Positions 37,301 through 50,347 of a stretch of DNA of 64,000 nt are shown here, one piece after another. Source of the DNA: Leidyana gryllorum EB-2025a (Eukaryota; Protista; Apicomplexa); NCBI GenBank assembly GCA_048772705.1, contig JBLWGC010000051.1:1-64000 (forward strand), read 5' to 3'. The notes beneath the pieces were generated by a model. The model was not told where the DNA came from. It made no database searches and saw only the letters and a list, made by a program, of their open reading frames with translations. Position 1 is the stretch's first letter, and the number at the start of each line of letters is the position of its first letter. The position numbers and the translations under genes were made by a program.

Positions 37301-40300
37301 CGGCTTCTTCCGCTCTGTCCAGCTGTCCCTTGAGCCTTCCTGCCCAGTGCTCGACATCTCGATAGCTCCGTCGTTCCTCTCTGGTGAGGAGATGAGGCGG
37401 CCTCCTTGGCCACTAAGCTTACGTGAAAGCTTTGTGGAGCCTTTGTGGTATGATGCTGACCAAATAATTGTGGATCACCGCCAGGCCATCGAGATCCATA
37501 AAGCGTCGCAACATGGCTTCCCTTTCCTCTCTTTCCTGCTTGTCCATGAGATGACTGTAGCGACGGAGAGTGCGGTCGTCCACCCACAGCTCCGTCTCCT
37601 TCATCGCCAGATGCTAATGAGGAACGATGGGACAGCCTTCTGGGCGTGACCTACCCGGGCACTGATGTTTTTGCGGTGATTGAAACGATCTGATCGGCCT
37701 CCGAGGACATCAGCGATCCTCGCCATTATGCGAAACGACATTTTCTTGTGGACGGAAACTCTCAGGGGGTCGGTCTTGGAGCTTGGGCGGCTCGAGACGT
37801 TCACTGAAGTTGTGGCCGCTGGACTGACGGCGAGCCCAGACTCATCCTGATCCTGCGTCCGCATAAAACTCCGCAAGAGGGTCTCGAGGTCTCGACCTGC
37901 CCAACAGTACTCGAGTCCCGAATCGGGCATCATTATTCTGAAACTCTCTTCAGCTTTGATGATCTGAGGGAAGAGGGTCAGTAGCGTTTCCTGCCTGGAG
38001 TGTGTGTGTGTGTCTAATAATAAGACTCGACTTTTCACAAACCGCGTACCGTAAGGCGAGTCGCAGGTCAGCCTGAAGGCTCATTGTGCGAAGAGCGTTG
38101 GCTATGGCTACGCCGACGTTGGCACGTTTCCGCTCTCGGGCTGAGGGCTCTCCGACGAATCCACTACGGAATACGAGGAGCATTTTCTCGGCGGCAGCGA
38201 CCGCGAATTCAGGGGCGAAGCGGCTCTTGAAAGCGGCGCCGGGTGATCTAACTACTTGCATTGATACTTCATCCACTTTGGCAGCGTCGAGGATTATCTT
38301 CTCCATGATTTGATAGTACAGCTCCAGATGATAGAGGGTGTTTCCTGCGAGCGAGCGAGAGAGAGATTCACCTTTGAGCCGCTCTGTGCTGTGTGTGTCG
38401 CCCACCTGCATCCAGAGCCCGGAAATGGGACGGGAGTCTCATTAGGGCCTTAATTTCTGGTTCCCAAAGAGCCTCGAGGGACACTTCTTTGAGTATTCTG
38501 AGACATCTATCACGGATTCGATCATTGGGGACTCGACAAATGTCGAGGACCAACTGCTCTCGTTTCCCTTCGATCATTCGACGGTTGAATTGTTTGCAGA
38601 TATCCAGTCGGCTGTCCCAAGCTATGTAGAAGAGCATGACATCGAGAATACTGGCGTACACATCCTGTACTCGTGTGTCTATCAACGAGTCGAACGACGG
38701 GGCTAATCGGCCTTCAGTACGCCTCGGCAGCTCCATACTGCGGATAATGTCGAGATCGTAATGCGCAGACATTCGATCGAGCAGATTACTGAGTGCGCGT
38801 TTATTGAACAGAGACAACATGGGCATATGAGCGTCATCAATGCTGTTAGTGATATACATTATCAGAGTCTTATCGCGAGCGCCACGAACGCCTTTGTTAC
38901 CCATTGTTTCCTCTCCTTCGGCCAAAACACTTCGCATATCACAGCTGTCCAGCAAGTCGTGGTAGGCCCCATAAGCAGCACCCAAACACAAAGGGTCCGG
39001 ATCCTCTTCTTTGAGGACCGTAAGGATAACATCCTCGAATCGCAGACTCTCCAGATACGTCGTGCGCGCCTGACGGTCGTGTCTACAGATTGCGCTCGAG
39101 AAGTTGAGGAGAATGGCGAAGAAATACGCTCGAAGGACTGAGAAACTCCGAGTGGCTTGGGTTCGTTGACAGTCTCGAATATACTCAAAGACATATGTCA
39201 CGTGGAAGTTGGAGTTCCGCAGAGTCACAGCGGCCTGACTACTCGCCCGACAACAGTTGGCAGCCACTACCAACATTGACATGAATACATCCAAGCGGTC
39301 CAGCGCGTTGCCGTCCATCTGGGTGACGTCTCCTTGCGTTTCTAGTCTTGCCAAACGTTCCATCGGCGCCTCGGCGCCGGCGTACCACAGTAACCATTCC
39401 GCTATCCGACCCGTAATACCCTAAAGTCAAAGCGCTGTCTCGAGAAAGTCCACCTCCGCAACTCACCGTCATACACAAGTCTTGAGCACCTTCCGAGTCT
39501 GAGGTTGTGTGGGCCAGCAGCCGGGCAACAAAAAGATCGATCGCGTTACTTTCCAGCCGTTCCAGCAACGCCGGGACCATTTTCCGCATCAACGCTGGGA
39601 AAGATGCGGGCATTGGCAATGTTGAAGCGCTAGTCACAACTTACAGCAGAACTGGGGGTCGGGATTGAAGAATGATAGGGCTTTGATTCCATACGTCAGA
39701 ATGGGATCCTCCTCAGTCCGAGTCACCAGGAACGGAAGACATTGATGTTCTAAGGCGTCGAAAATGTACCCGGCGACCTGTCCCGGTCGACTCTGCGCGG
39801 CTTGCGTCAAAGTCTTGGCAGCCTTCACTCCGATCTCCAGCGGTTGGACGGTCAGCAGCTTCGCCAACGCCCGGATGACGAGGGGCTCAGCGGGCGTGTC
39901 TTGGTATCGACCGCTCATCAGTTCGCTGCACAATGCCATCGAGTCCTAAAACGCAATGCGTGTGTCAGCAGCTCTTATCGCCGCTCACTCGGATGTCTTG
40001 TTCTGTCAAGCTATCAGATGCCTTAATCACATCGTCCCAGTTGGCACGTTGGAGGGCATGGCAGGCGAGATAGAACCTCCGAGAGGCCCGAGTCCTTTCA
40101 TCATCAGCGGTATCAGGTTGGGTGGCCACCCGAATGTAGTCAAACACATCCCGTCGCACACTGTCCTTTGGGAACACAGGGAGCAAATTAATGGCTCCCC
40201 AGTCTTTCTCACTGAGAGGCCAGAGACCAGTTGAAGGGGACACCGACGGTGTTTAAAGCGTCTTACGGGTCTTCAGAGTCTCGGAGCCCAGCGGTGTTCT

Positions 40301-41356
40301 CGGTAGGATTCACGTACATGTAGTCCGCTCTGGGGCTGCTTTCGGGAGGAGGAGACGCAGAGGAGGAGCTCACTTGGGAAGAGCCATTATGATCTCATCT
40401 GAGGTGAAAGACCCCCAGTCGGGGTGAAGATTCTGCAACTGGGCATAGGTGATGACCGCTTGAGTCTCTCTGTGTACATAGCCCTCGCGTTCATCCTCCC
40501 ATTGCCATTTATCTAAGACCAACAGTGAGGGAATGATGCTCAGAACGTAATATACATATTGTGGCCATCGACTGTGCATTCACAACTGGATGTCATCCCT
40601 CAATTCGTCACTCACACGGTGACGGGGTTGCCGTCGAGATACAGCTCTTGTAATTCTGGCAACTTGGCCGCAATACTCTTGCAGGTCGCATACATATGCG
40701 ACGGCCACATGTCAATCAGATTGTCCCGGAGGTCAAAGTACTTCAACGAACGCGGCTGATCCACGAAGGTGTCATTCAGCTGCTCGATCTGATTCTGTCG
40801 CAGGCTCAACACCTGCACGACGACGGACGGTAACCGCTGAACCACTGTCACAGTTGGGGGTGGGGGAAGGGAGACGGAGACAGACACAGAGACGCGCGGA
40901 GGGTCGAGAGGGAGGGAGAGGCTCTTTGTGCGTCCCTACTTGCAATGACTGCAGACGACTGATTGAGGGGATAGCAGAAAGGAGATTGTCACGCAAGTCT
41001 AAGACTTCCACGCTGGCGAGTTCGATATCAAAGTCAGTGAGGACATTGTGGGCGAGTTTGAGTGTTCGCAAACCACTAAAGCGTTTGCTGGCATTAGGGC
41101 CACCGAATACGTAGTCCACATTGCGAAGTTGATTGTTCTGTGCCCTGAATTCTCTCAGGTCAGTGAATCGAATACTGCGCACAAGATCCCCTTTTGGGTC
41201 CACCAAATCATTGAGGGTCACAAGATTGAATAAGGGTCCATCGAAGTTTAGTTTGTGAAGCACCGTACTACTGCCGTGCTCATGACGCCACTTTTGATCG
41301 AGACATCGGTCCAACACCGCGGCCGTCAGCCTTGTTGCCCCCCTAAGATCCCCCAT
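34324..41356 (-). CDS. Large multi-exon protein with N-terminal leucine-rich repeats followed by helical (ARM/HEAT-like) and coiled-coil regions; 3' end uncertain, may be more than one gene
   Basis: LRRs LREFRAQNNQL, LRTLKLAHNVL, VEVLDLRDNLL, LSLRQNQI, LQELYLDGNPV and LRRcap-like YVYYVLSIIPSLLVLD; chain of minus-strand ORFs separated by GT-AG introns. Confidence 0.6.
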
Positions 41357-41384
41357 GGCTCAAAAAAAGTTGTTACGGTGAGCA

Positions 41385-42008
41385 ATGGTGGAGAGCTGGA
41401 GGAGGAGAGGGGGAGGGGTTGTCTGGCGGAGCCCATCATCGTCTTCAGCCGCGTCATCGGCGTCGCCCCGACGTAAGCAAATGCACAAATCGGTCACATT
41501 CTTTCACAGGACGACGACGCGAGAGCGATGACGAGAGTTCACAGCCTGAAAGGGAGGCCCCTTCTGGGGGACGCCGTTCAGCTGCCAAAGAGAGTCCTCG
41601 GGACGAGGACGGAGGCGACCCTGGTGCTTCCTTCTCGCCCCGGAACAAACGCGCCTGCGTCTTGGTAGCCGGGCTGACCCCCAATGTCAGTGAAGAGCAC
41701 ATTATCGAGATATTCGGAGTCTATGGACCGGTGTTGATGGTTCAGATGGGAAAGGTAAGCCAGCCGCACACGGAGACATAGCACACACCAACATTCGAAC
41801 AGACCAAATCAGGTTGCCGCTACGCGTTTGTGGAACTTGCGACAGCTGAAGCTGCAGAACAAGCCACGGAATGCCTCAACACAGTGAGTTTTTCCCCCCA
41901 ACCTGCGAGTAGTCAGACAACGCATAACAGGGACAGATAAATGGGAAGTCCGTGGCTCTGATCGCCTATACAAACACCGCGCGGATCTCTGCAATGCTCG
42001 GTAGATGA
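41385..42008 (+). CDS. RNPS1/SR45-like RRM protein
   Basis: Ser/Arg-rich N-terminus; VLVAGLTPNVSEEHIIEIFGVYG, RYAFVEL..AEAA..A, GQINGK. Confidence 0.7.
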
Positions 42009-42733
42009 TCGCTATAAGACATTATTGACGATGTGACCGTGAGTGGGGAGTCACGTGTGGGACACTGCCTGTTGCTAGAAAGCCCCCGAGGCAAAAGAGT
42101 TGGCACATCTCGTTGTTTAACACTGGCCGTATTTTCGTCGTCTCTCAGTGTAGACACAACCATTCTTTCCCACATTGATAATGGCGCCTGAAGCGCCGCG
42201 CTGGGCGAGCCGGCTGGTTGCCTGCGACCCACCCCACTTCCCACCAAACCTCTTGCCGAGGTCGACCACCCTTGGATTGGACCCGGTCGTTGTCAGCACA
42301 AAGACCGACCGCCCTGGTGATTTTTGACTCCAGCGTTAGAGCCGGACTGAGTGATGGGGATTGGGTACTTGGGATTGAGGCTAAGATGTACCTATCGGGA
42401 TCAGCAGGTTGATTGACCAGATATCACAAATTGGAATTAAGGAGGCACAGATATTATTGCGAATGATCAAAGCATCGCGAAACAAAGGACTATCCAACAA
42501 GGGTGGAATTGCCAGCAACTCCGACTTGGGACTTGGAATAATTGATTACAAATCGAGCACTCGTGCTCCGTCGAACTTGGGACGCCAGATGCGGCAGCAC
42601 CCACGGAAGTCATTAGATTGGGTTAACCTTTTGCAGTAGATGCGGTTGGTAAAGACACTGCAAGCGGTTAGGAAAAAATCTCGTTGGGAAGATAACCCCC
42701 TCACGTATAGTAAATGTAGTAGCACTGTTGTTA

Positions 42734-43741
42734 CTACAAAGTCTTGGTGGTGACCTCATTGACAAGTTCCTTCTTGCTCTTATAAGCTTCGATATTCTCC
42801 AAAGTAGTTTGAGCAATGGAGGTCAACGCTTCCACAGTGAAGAAAGCCTGATGGGGAGTTAGTACAACGTTGTTGAAGCTGAGCAAACGGGCCAAGGTGT
42901 CATCCTGGATAACCTCCTTGGACTTGTTCTCGAAGAAGTACTCTTGCTCGTACTCGTAAACATCGAGTCCGGCACCACCAATCTTCTCACTTTTCAGGCC
43001 GTTGATTAGGGCTGAGGTGTCGATCAGACCTCCGCGGCCAGTGTTGATGATGATCACACCTCGCTTCATCAAAGCGATGGTGTCTTTGTTGATCAGGTGC
43101 TTAGTATGTTGATTCAGGGGGCAGTGAAGAGTAAGAATATCGGCGTTCTTGAACACTTCTTCTTGAGACATATACTGCACACCCTTAGCCTTTAGCGCTT
43201 CCACGGGATACAAATCAAAGGCCACAATCTTCATACCAATACCCAGCAAAGCATTCAGGAAGATCTGGGCAATCCTTCCGGTGCCAATGAAACCGGCAGT
43301 CTTGCCGAACAGATCGACTCCCAGCAAGCCATCCAGGGAAAAGTCTCCAGTACGCCCACGAGTTGCTGAAATGTGGGTCTTGCGGTTCACAGTCATCAGT
43401 AGTGCGAGAGCATGCTCGGCTACCGCATTTGGTGAATAGGCAGGAACTCGGGCAATCTTGATACCAGCCTTCTCAGCCGCCTCCCTATCCACGTTGTTGA
43501 ACCCCGCACATCGTAGCGCAAGGAACTTGACCCCCACCTCCTTCAATATCTCAATTGTAGAGGCATCACAGGTGTCATTGACGAATATGCACACCACCTC
43601 TGATCCCTTCGCTTGAGCGGCGGTCTCAGGTCCGAGATGCGGCTCGATGAAGCGGAAGTTGAAGCCGAACGATTTGTTCAATTTGTTGAAGTACTCAACG
43701 TCGTAGGCCTTGCTACCGAAACAAGCAACAGAGACAGTCAT
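42734..43741 (-). CDS. ldhA: NAD-dependent fermentative D-lactate dehydrogenase, bacterial LdhA-like
   Basis: VCIFVND, ALRCAGFNNVD, RVPAYSPNAVAEHA, GTGRIA, LHCPL, INTGRGGLID, GLDVYEYE, NVVLTPHQAFFT; intronless. Confidence 0.92.
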   Translation of the reverse strand: MTVSVACFGSKAYDVEYFNKLNKSFGFNFRFIEPHLGPETAAQAKGSEVVCIFVNDTCDASTIEILKEVGVKFLALRCAGFNNVDREAAEKAGIKIARVPAYSPNAVAEHALALLMTVNRKTHISATRGRTGDFSLDGLLGVDLFGKTAGFIGTGRIAQIFLNALLGIGMKIVAFDLYPVEALKAKGVQYMSQEEVFKNADILTLHCPLNQHTKHLINKDTIALMKRGVIIINTGRGGLIDTSALINGLKSEKIGGAGLDVYEYEQEYFFENKSKEVIQDDTLARLLSFNNVVLTPHQAFFTVEALTSIAQTTLENIEAYKSKKELVNEVTTKTL

Positions 43742-44189
43742 CGTGGTGTGTGTCGTAGACTGAAATATAAGAGCAAATCAAGGAGTACACAAGCTTTTTA
43801 TCCTCGCTTTCTTTTATTCTAAGTGTGTGCACACGTGGAGACTTGGAAAACTGTCTCCACTTTTCCCGTTGCGCAAAAGGATTGCGGTCCGGCAGCACTC
43901 GCGCATCCGCGCGACCACTGACCCGAGGATCGAGTCACAGACTGGCAGAGTCACAAACTGGCACACCAAACTGGCAGATCTCCGCTGGACGAAAAATCTA
44001 TGTGGTCACAAGCGCTCCAGGTTTGAGGGTTTAACGTTATTGCTATACGATGATGTGGATACTTCTGTTGCAGTCAGCGATTCTCAGTGTCCCAGATCCG
44101 CTCCCATTTTTGTAGAGCAAAAACAGATTTAGGCGAGCAGAGGCAAATCAATCTGTTTAGCATTTTTGCAACTTTAGGTCGCAGGCAAG

Positions 44190-44713
44190 ATGTTGCGCTT
44201 AACGCCAGTTGACGTAGCGAGACACGGCTCACTGCCCAAGCATTCTCGGAGTATAATCGCGGTATTACATGTACTTGCAGGGATCTGGGGGATGCTGGCC
44301 ACCCCCGTGGGGCACGGGCCGGTATGGTGGTTGGATGTGTGCTTAACACTCCACATTCTCAACCTTACTGCTATGATACCGATCTTTGTCTGCCCGACGT
44401 GGTATCTCTTTGGTGAGCGAACCGGTATTGGTGAAGAGTTGGTCGCCTAATGGTAGAGTGTGTCATCATCGACGTGTTGTGGCAAGTTATATTCGTCGAG
44501 TGGTACACGGACCTGAAGCTGGTAGCTGAAAGCCGTAAAGAAGAGATAATGTTGACAGTTTGGTTGTGTACAGGAGCGGTGGCTACGTCTCTCTTCATCA
44601 TGTCCCTTGGGCTCATTGTTAAGGCCATGCATTATCGGGAAATGTGGGCTCTCGCTGAGAAGGAGGCCGCTGCAGCGGTCGGCCCAACGGAGCAAAAACC
44701 GTCTACCGTCTGA
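44190..44713 (+). CDS. Small multi-pass membrane protein (tentative, multi-exon)
   Basis: Hydrophobic segments IIAVLHVLAGIWGML and IMLTVWLCTGAVATSLFIMSLGLIV. Confidence 0.4.
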
Positions 44714-44979
44714 TCGCAGAAATATGAGCTGATCCGCCTGATCGAGTTCAGACGCTTTGTGTCTACGTCCAAATAAAGACCCTGAGCCTCAATCTCAAGT
44801 GACGCCAACCTGATTCTGGGTTGCGTGGTTTGCTTTTCTCTCTCTCGAGCTGTCCTGATGCACAGCTTTTTCAGGTGCCAAACCGTTTGGTAAGGCTTCG
44901 TTTACACTCTCCAATGTGATCTGCAAACACTCACTCCGTACTTTAAGTGTACTTGACTGATCTCTTAGCAGTGAACTGT

Positions 44980-45900
44980 CCCCCCCCGAGCGTCTTCAGC
45001 ACCGTCCGATCATAACCCAACGACTAGCCGGAGGGCATCCAGTCTTTCGATGTCGTTGGAAATTTCGACCAATGTCGTTTGGATGGTACCTTGTAGCTGA
45101 CCGAGGTGACAACACAGTTGGCAATGTCTAACTGAGTGTAGCCGTCGAAGGACCTTTTTCCCCCAAGGCACTCGTACTCGAAGGTATTCCCAATGACACG
45201 ACCTGAACGGGATAAAGTGGAAGCATTGCGGCTGGCTGAAGTCCTCGGCCGCCAAGTCTCGAGGAGATTTTCTGTTCAAATGGTGGGGACGCACAAGACA
45301 TATATGGGCATTTGTGTGCCTAACCAATGGTAGTCTCGCCCTCATTTTTGCACCCTGGAATAATCCTGAAGTCAAGGGGCTCCTGGGGTACACGATCGCG
45401 TTGGTATCATTGCTAATCCTCTTTGCTGGCCAGGCGTGGCTTGGGTATTCTTGGTGGTGCCCTCGTCTTCATTTGGCTGAGCTATACTTTGATAGTGGTG
45501 ACTGCAAGGAACCTAATCCCCGAGCAGGGGGATCGACAGCAGCAAATAAGTTTCCCGAAGAGGTCGACTCCGACATCTTTCGCACACACGGAGCCCAGCA
45601 CGACGCACACCCTTTTTTGACGGCAGCTGATCACCATTCACACCCGTCTTTTAGATACATCGGCACAGACGAAAGCCAATTTATCATATCCCATCTTCGA
45701 AATGTCACACACTTCTACCAACTATTCCGTAGACATTTACATTATCATCGCGGAATAGATACCCAAAACCGGTCGGATCCGCAACCAACTGCTCCTCTGG
45801 CCATCCAAATCGAACCAAAATAGTCTCGATGCGATATTGCCCCTGTGTTCGAGTGAGTGCTTTGTTGGAGGTGGTTCTACGTCGAGTATGATTATGGGAC
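44980..45900 (+). CDS. Hypothetical membrane protein (boundaries uncertain)
   Basis: ORF 45314-45823 with TM GLLGYTIALVSLLILFAGQAWLG; upstream splice signals. Confidence 0.35.
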
Positions 45901-45968
45901 AATTGATGGGGTTACGTTTTTGTCAGCAAACACGACTCATTACAGCTGACAGTGATGGTGAAGTGATA

Positions 45969-47863
45969 TTAGTTGGTAACTTGGAGAGTTTTCAGTTGTA
46001 GAGAAGCAGACACGAAGGGATCATAACGAAGCACTACGTGCTCATTGGAGCTCCAAACTTCAGCGCCTTCGCTCGATGCCCCTGATGCTCCCCAGTGGCG
46101 AACGTACAGCCCAAACTTGTCGACCAGAGTGGGTGGCGATGCACAGTGGCGCTTGAAGAGTGGTTGAACTAGCGCGTCTGTATTTGACAGCCGCCTTTTA
46201 CGCTTGCCGTTCGGTGTAATGTCGGCAGATTCGGTGGTGGTTGATTCTTTTGTTGGGCTGCTAGGAAAAACCGCTTCGTAATAAGGCCGGGTATGTGCCC
46301 AGTGATCAAAGAGCGGACGGGTTGGTGGTTTTACCCACTTTTGTAGGAGCTGTGAAGCTTCAAAGAAGTCCTCTTTGACTTTGGTCCAGGCCTGTTCGCA
46401 ACTATATATCCACAGATTGTGTACAAAGTGTGTCCCCTTGTTGCACAGGGATTTGGCCTTATCCGTGGACACAGTTTGACGCATTACCAAGACATGAGTG
46501 ACTTCAGCACACGGCTGGTCAACAACTCGAGCACCTAACGCTTCGAGTCGTCGACGATGCTGGGGGCCGTTATCAAACATGGCGAACTGGCTATTGCCTT
46601 GTTGCTCCAACCTATTATACCCGGTCATCAGACACACACAACCATCAAGGATACGTTTCTTGTAGTCCTGTAATATAGCCCATATCCTAAACAGGTAGTA
46701 ACAGAGTAACTATATTGGTCGGGGCACTTACGATTTGGGCGACCCGGATTTCAGCGAAGCATAGTACTCCAGCGCACACTTTTCCATCATCTCGCCAAGG
46801 AAGGGTAACTGACGATCCAAGTCCTCGAGACCCGCTTCCGTGGGGTCTGTTTCGAAGGCAGAGTCGGCAGGACAGTAGGTGTCCAGGACTCCGTCGCTCT
46901 CGCCGGCCAACAGTCCTCCAGGCGCCATCTCGTCACTACGATTGCCGTACTTGCGAGCCAAAAGCTCTTTCCGAGACTCAAAGTACTCATAATAGTTACA
47001 TTGAATGATGTTTTTCTCAAAGATAGGGTTCCACACGTCTCGTCGATCATCGAGAATCAACAGTTCGTCCCGAAGTTCGTTGACGTCTTTGGTGAAGAGG
47101 CTGGAAAGGATGAAGATTGGTGATTCAATAAAGGTAGACATAAGTTGACGACTTACCGAGACATATCTTTCCGGTCACTTTGATTGTTATCGTCTTCACG
47201 CGCTGCGAGGCGCGCCCCAAAGAGTGTCCGGTCGGGGTCTATGATAGACATGACAACGTCGGCGTACTCCCGAGTGGCATTTGTGTGGACCGCCAAATCA
47301 AAGTATTGTGCCATCTTGCTTATAAAGTCGCGAACGCCAGGTCTGAATTTGATATAGTAGCTTTGTTGCCTCTGACGGGGTAGAGTGAATCGATAAAGTT
47401 CCGGTCTGCCCGCAGCATCTTGAAAGTCTTCAAGGGTCAAGTCAGTCCCATTGAGTTTATGCTTCGACAATGCGTGTAGAAGGGTGTTATCAAGGTCAAA
47501 CACTAACTTGAGTCGGTTGGGAACAGCAGTTGTGGGAGCTGTTCCTGCCGAGGGAGACTCTTCATCACCAGAGGGCGTTAAGGGACTACCCAATTCACTC
47601 CCGCCGTCCTCCTCGTCCTCAATGTCACTGACTACCTCTAAGTCGGTTTCCACCTCAGCAGTATTCACAGCAGGCACGAACAGACCGCTAGCTTTGATGG
47701 GGTTGACTGGACTAGCTACTGGAGCGGGAGTTGCCCCTGGCTCAATAATGAAGACTTTGGGGTCATATTGGTGCTCCTTGAGCGACTGCACAAAGGCACT
47801 CCGGAACACGCCCACTTCGAAGCGCCCCTCGTGGTTCAATATACTTGGATGGTAGGCTGTCAT
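45969..47863 (-). CDS. FCP1: RNA polymerase II CTD phosphatase FCP1-like (NIF/HAD + BRCT)
   Basis: KLVFDLDNTLLH, KFRPGVRDF, TREYA...IIDP, LILDDRRDVW; BRCT LGARVV...VTHVLV..TDKA...VHNLWIYSC. Confidence 0.88.
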
Positions 47864-47871
47864 ATATTTTT

Positions 47872-50347
47872 TTATATAATCTTCGGGATCAAATCGTCAG
47901 GATAGAGCCGCCGTAGGGACGAATTTTCAGGCGGAATGAAAACTATCTTTCTCTCATCGTCTACGTGAGCAAACGCACTGAAGGCCTCCGGTTGCCACCC
48001 ATTCCCTATCTTTTCAACCACCTTGTTGGCCTCCTCCTCTGTAGCTAGCCGTAATATGCCCTCTGGAAGATAGACTTTCCCACTGAAACTGTGACGATCA
48101 CGCTGCGAGGCAACAGAATCACAACAAGTCGTCCCCTATTTTCCGGAACTCACCAAAGCCGGAATCTCCACCAAATACCACGGACGCTGCAAATAACGAG
48201 CCACCTCACGGCGACTCGCCATCTTCCACAAACTCATCACCCACAACAGCCAGTCCTCTGTCACTTGACCAGTCGAGTCCCAGCCAGCCACCACACCAGG
48301 ATAACCTGACTTTCGGTTGTACACTATGTCTCCCACTCGATATCGAGGGGCTTTATCCTGACTTCGATGTCGGGGTAGCACTCCGCTCGCAAAGTGACCC
48401 AGTCGCATGTCGTATGTCAGAGGCAAAGCTTCCACAACACCGTTCTGTTGCACTCGTCCCATAGTCATCGGCAACGGAGACGGAAGTTCGTCTGGGTCGG
48501 CGATACATTGTTCACTATGTCTGCCCAGAGCTTCCAGCGCGAGTTGCGTGCCTCTGGAGAGTGGAATCCAATTGAGATCCTGAATCAGACCGCTTTCCCA
48601 CAAATGCCTCTTGGCCTGAGCCACAATGCCTCTGTCGTCATGAGCATCTTTCGAGGTTGCGATGAACTTTGACAGCGCCTCCACCGCTGCAGGACGCAAA
48701 CCTAAGCGTCTGTCTCCTGTGAGTATATTGATGGGCTCAGATGTTAGATTCTGGCGCTTCGCGAAGCACTGAATTGTCTGCAAAACCGTACCATTGTGGG
48801 AACAGCGATATACGGGAGAGACACACACGCACGCGTTTGCAACACGACTCATGCGCCAAATGACGGACAGCAGCTGCACTTTGTGATCGAAGCTCACCTC
48901 CGGCAGTTCAGGGAAGGGTGGAATCAAGGCGGGATGCGCACAGACTGCGGTCGATTCCACAAGGAGATCATACTGACATGTGCGGGTTTCCATTGTAGTC
49001 ATCACCCTCAGAGTTCGCCCCTCCGCCATGCTTGTCGGACAATAAAATATCACTCGAGTACTTCGGACTCCCGATGGAACCTCGGGACATCTGGACCCTT
49101 CATCTAGGTAAAGAGCCAAACCTTTCGCCCCGGCCTCGCGAGGCCATTGGTTCGGGCTGGCAGCTGCCAGAAGCTGATAGGGTATTGGGACGATCAGCAT
49201 GGGCAAATTCTTGAAGCTTTCGCGCAGTCTCTGGTAGGCTTCTCGATCTCGATTCCCAGCATACGCTGAACGAATCACTGGGAAGACAGGTGACGGAGGA
49301 GGCATGATGTCTCTCAGGGACTGATGTCCCAAACCGACTGGTTGTCTTAGAGCCCCCATAACAAACATCGGAGTCTTGACGGTACCTATTAGACGGCGAG
49401 ATTGTTTCCCGAGATCTAATCAATTAGTTACCATCACGTTCGAGATGGAACTGTGTGAGACTGTCAGGGTGACAATACTCGTATGTCCAATAGTCGGTGG
49501 TGAGATTGAAACATTTTCCCATATCCTCCACCAACAGTCGATCCAAATGAGGCTTCAAGACGGACAGAGTCAGTTACGGTTCGATCGAAGTGGGTGTGAG
49601 GCTTACTCTGTTGACGGCGTCTGGCAACCAATTACAGAACTGTGGAGCGCCAAGCTCGAAACGATAATGGTCGTTGAGAACAGCCATTCGTGTAATGGTA
49701 GGGATATCGTCATGGCAAGTAAATACAATCTCAGCTGTGCGGTTGCGATGACCTCCGTGATAGTGCTGGACTAAAGTGCCATTCATATAGACTTGATCCA
49801 GAGAGGGGTCGTGATAGCCCAGAATGGTCTGACGATCCATATTCGGGTTGAGCTGCACCACATCGCGTCTACGTGATCAACAGTGTCGTTCGCAGATGCA
49901 GTGCTGGTGTTGCGTACCCGATACACAATGAGTAAGACCTATCATGGTCATGGGATGGTTTGAATGAATAGCATTTTCCGACGAATGGAGCTATTTTGCT
50001 CAGAGTTAAGAAGTCGCGTCGCTCATTCCGGAGCTTTTCAATCGCGACTTTGGATAGATTTTTGCTGTCACTAGTGTGACAACGGAATGCATGAGCCCCC
50101 ATCTGGATGTCAACAGTCTTCCCCCCCTCCAATGGGCTCAACTCGTCTTCATAGAGACTGAAGTCGAATATAGAGGTCTTCAGTGCTGGCCTTTGATACA
50201 CAAGGGGCACCAACTCATGATGAGTTCCTGAATTCAATTAGAGAGTCGTACAGAAGCGCCGCTGTATAGTGTGGGCTAACCTCGGATCGTTGCGCAACAC
50301 GGAGGGGCAGCCAGAAGCAGCTGAAGCGTCCACAGAGCTGCCCTCAT
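47872..50347 (-). CDS. OS-9/XTP3-B-like ER lectin (MRH/PRKCSH domains) fused to a C-terminal YccV/HspQ-like domain
   Basis: Signal peptide MRAALWTLQLLLAAPPCCA; CYSF...YSLCIG, LVQHYHGG..RTAEIVFTC; second copy LYLDEGSRC...RSTRVIFYC...ETRTCQYDLLVESTAVC; then RYRVGDIVYNRKSGYPGVVAGWD...RPWYLV...LRRLYPDD. Confidence 0.7.

Noticed and set aside
42100-42615. Possible small Cys-rich gene (HECSICNQLF) on the minus strand
   Set aside because: I could not build a convincing spliced frame; left unannotated.
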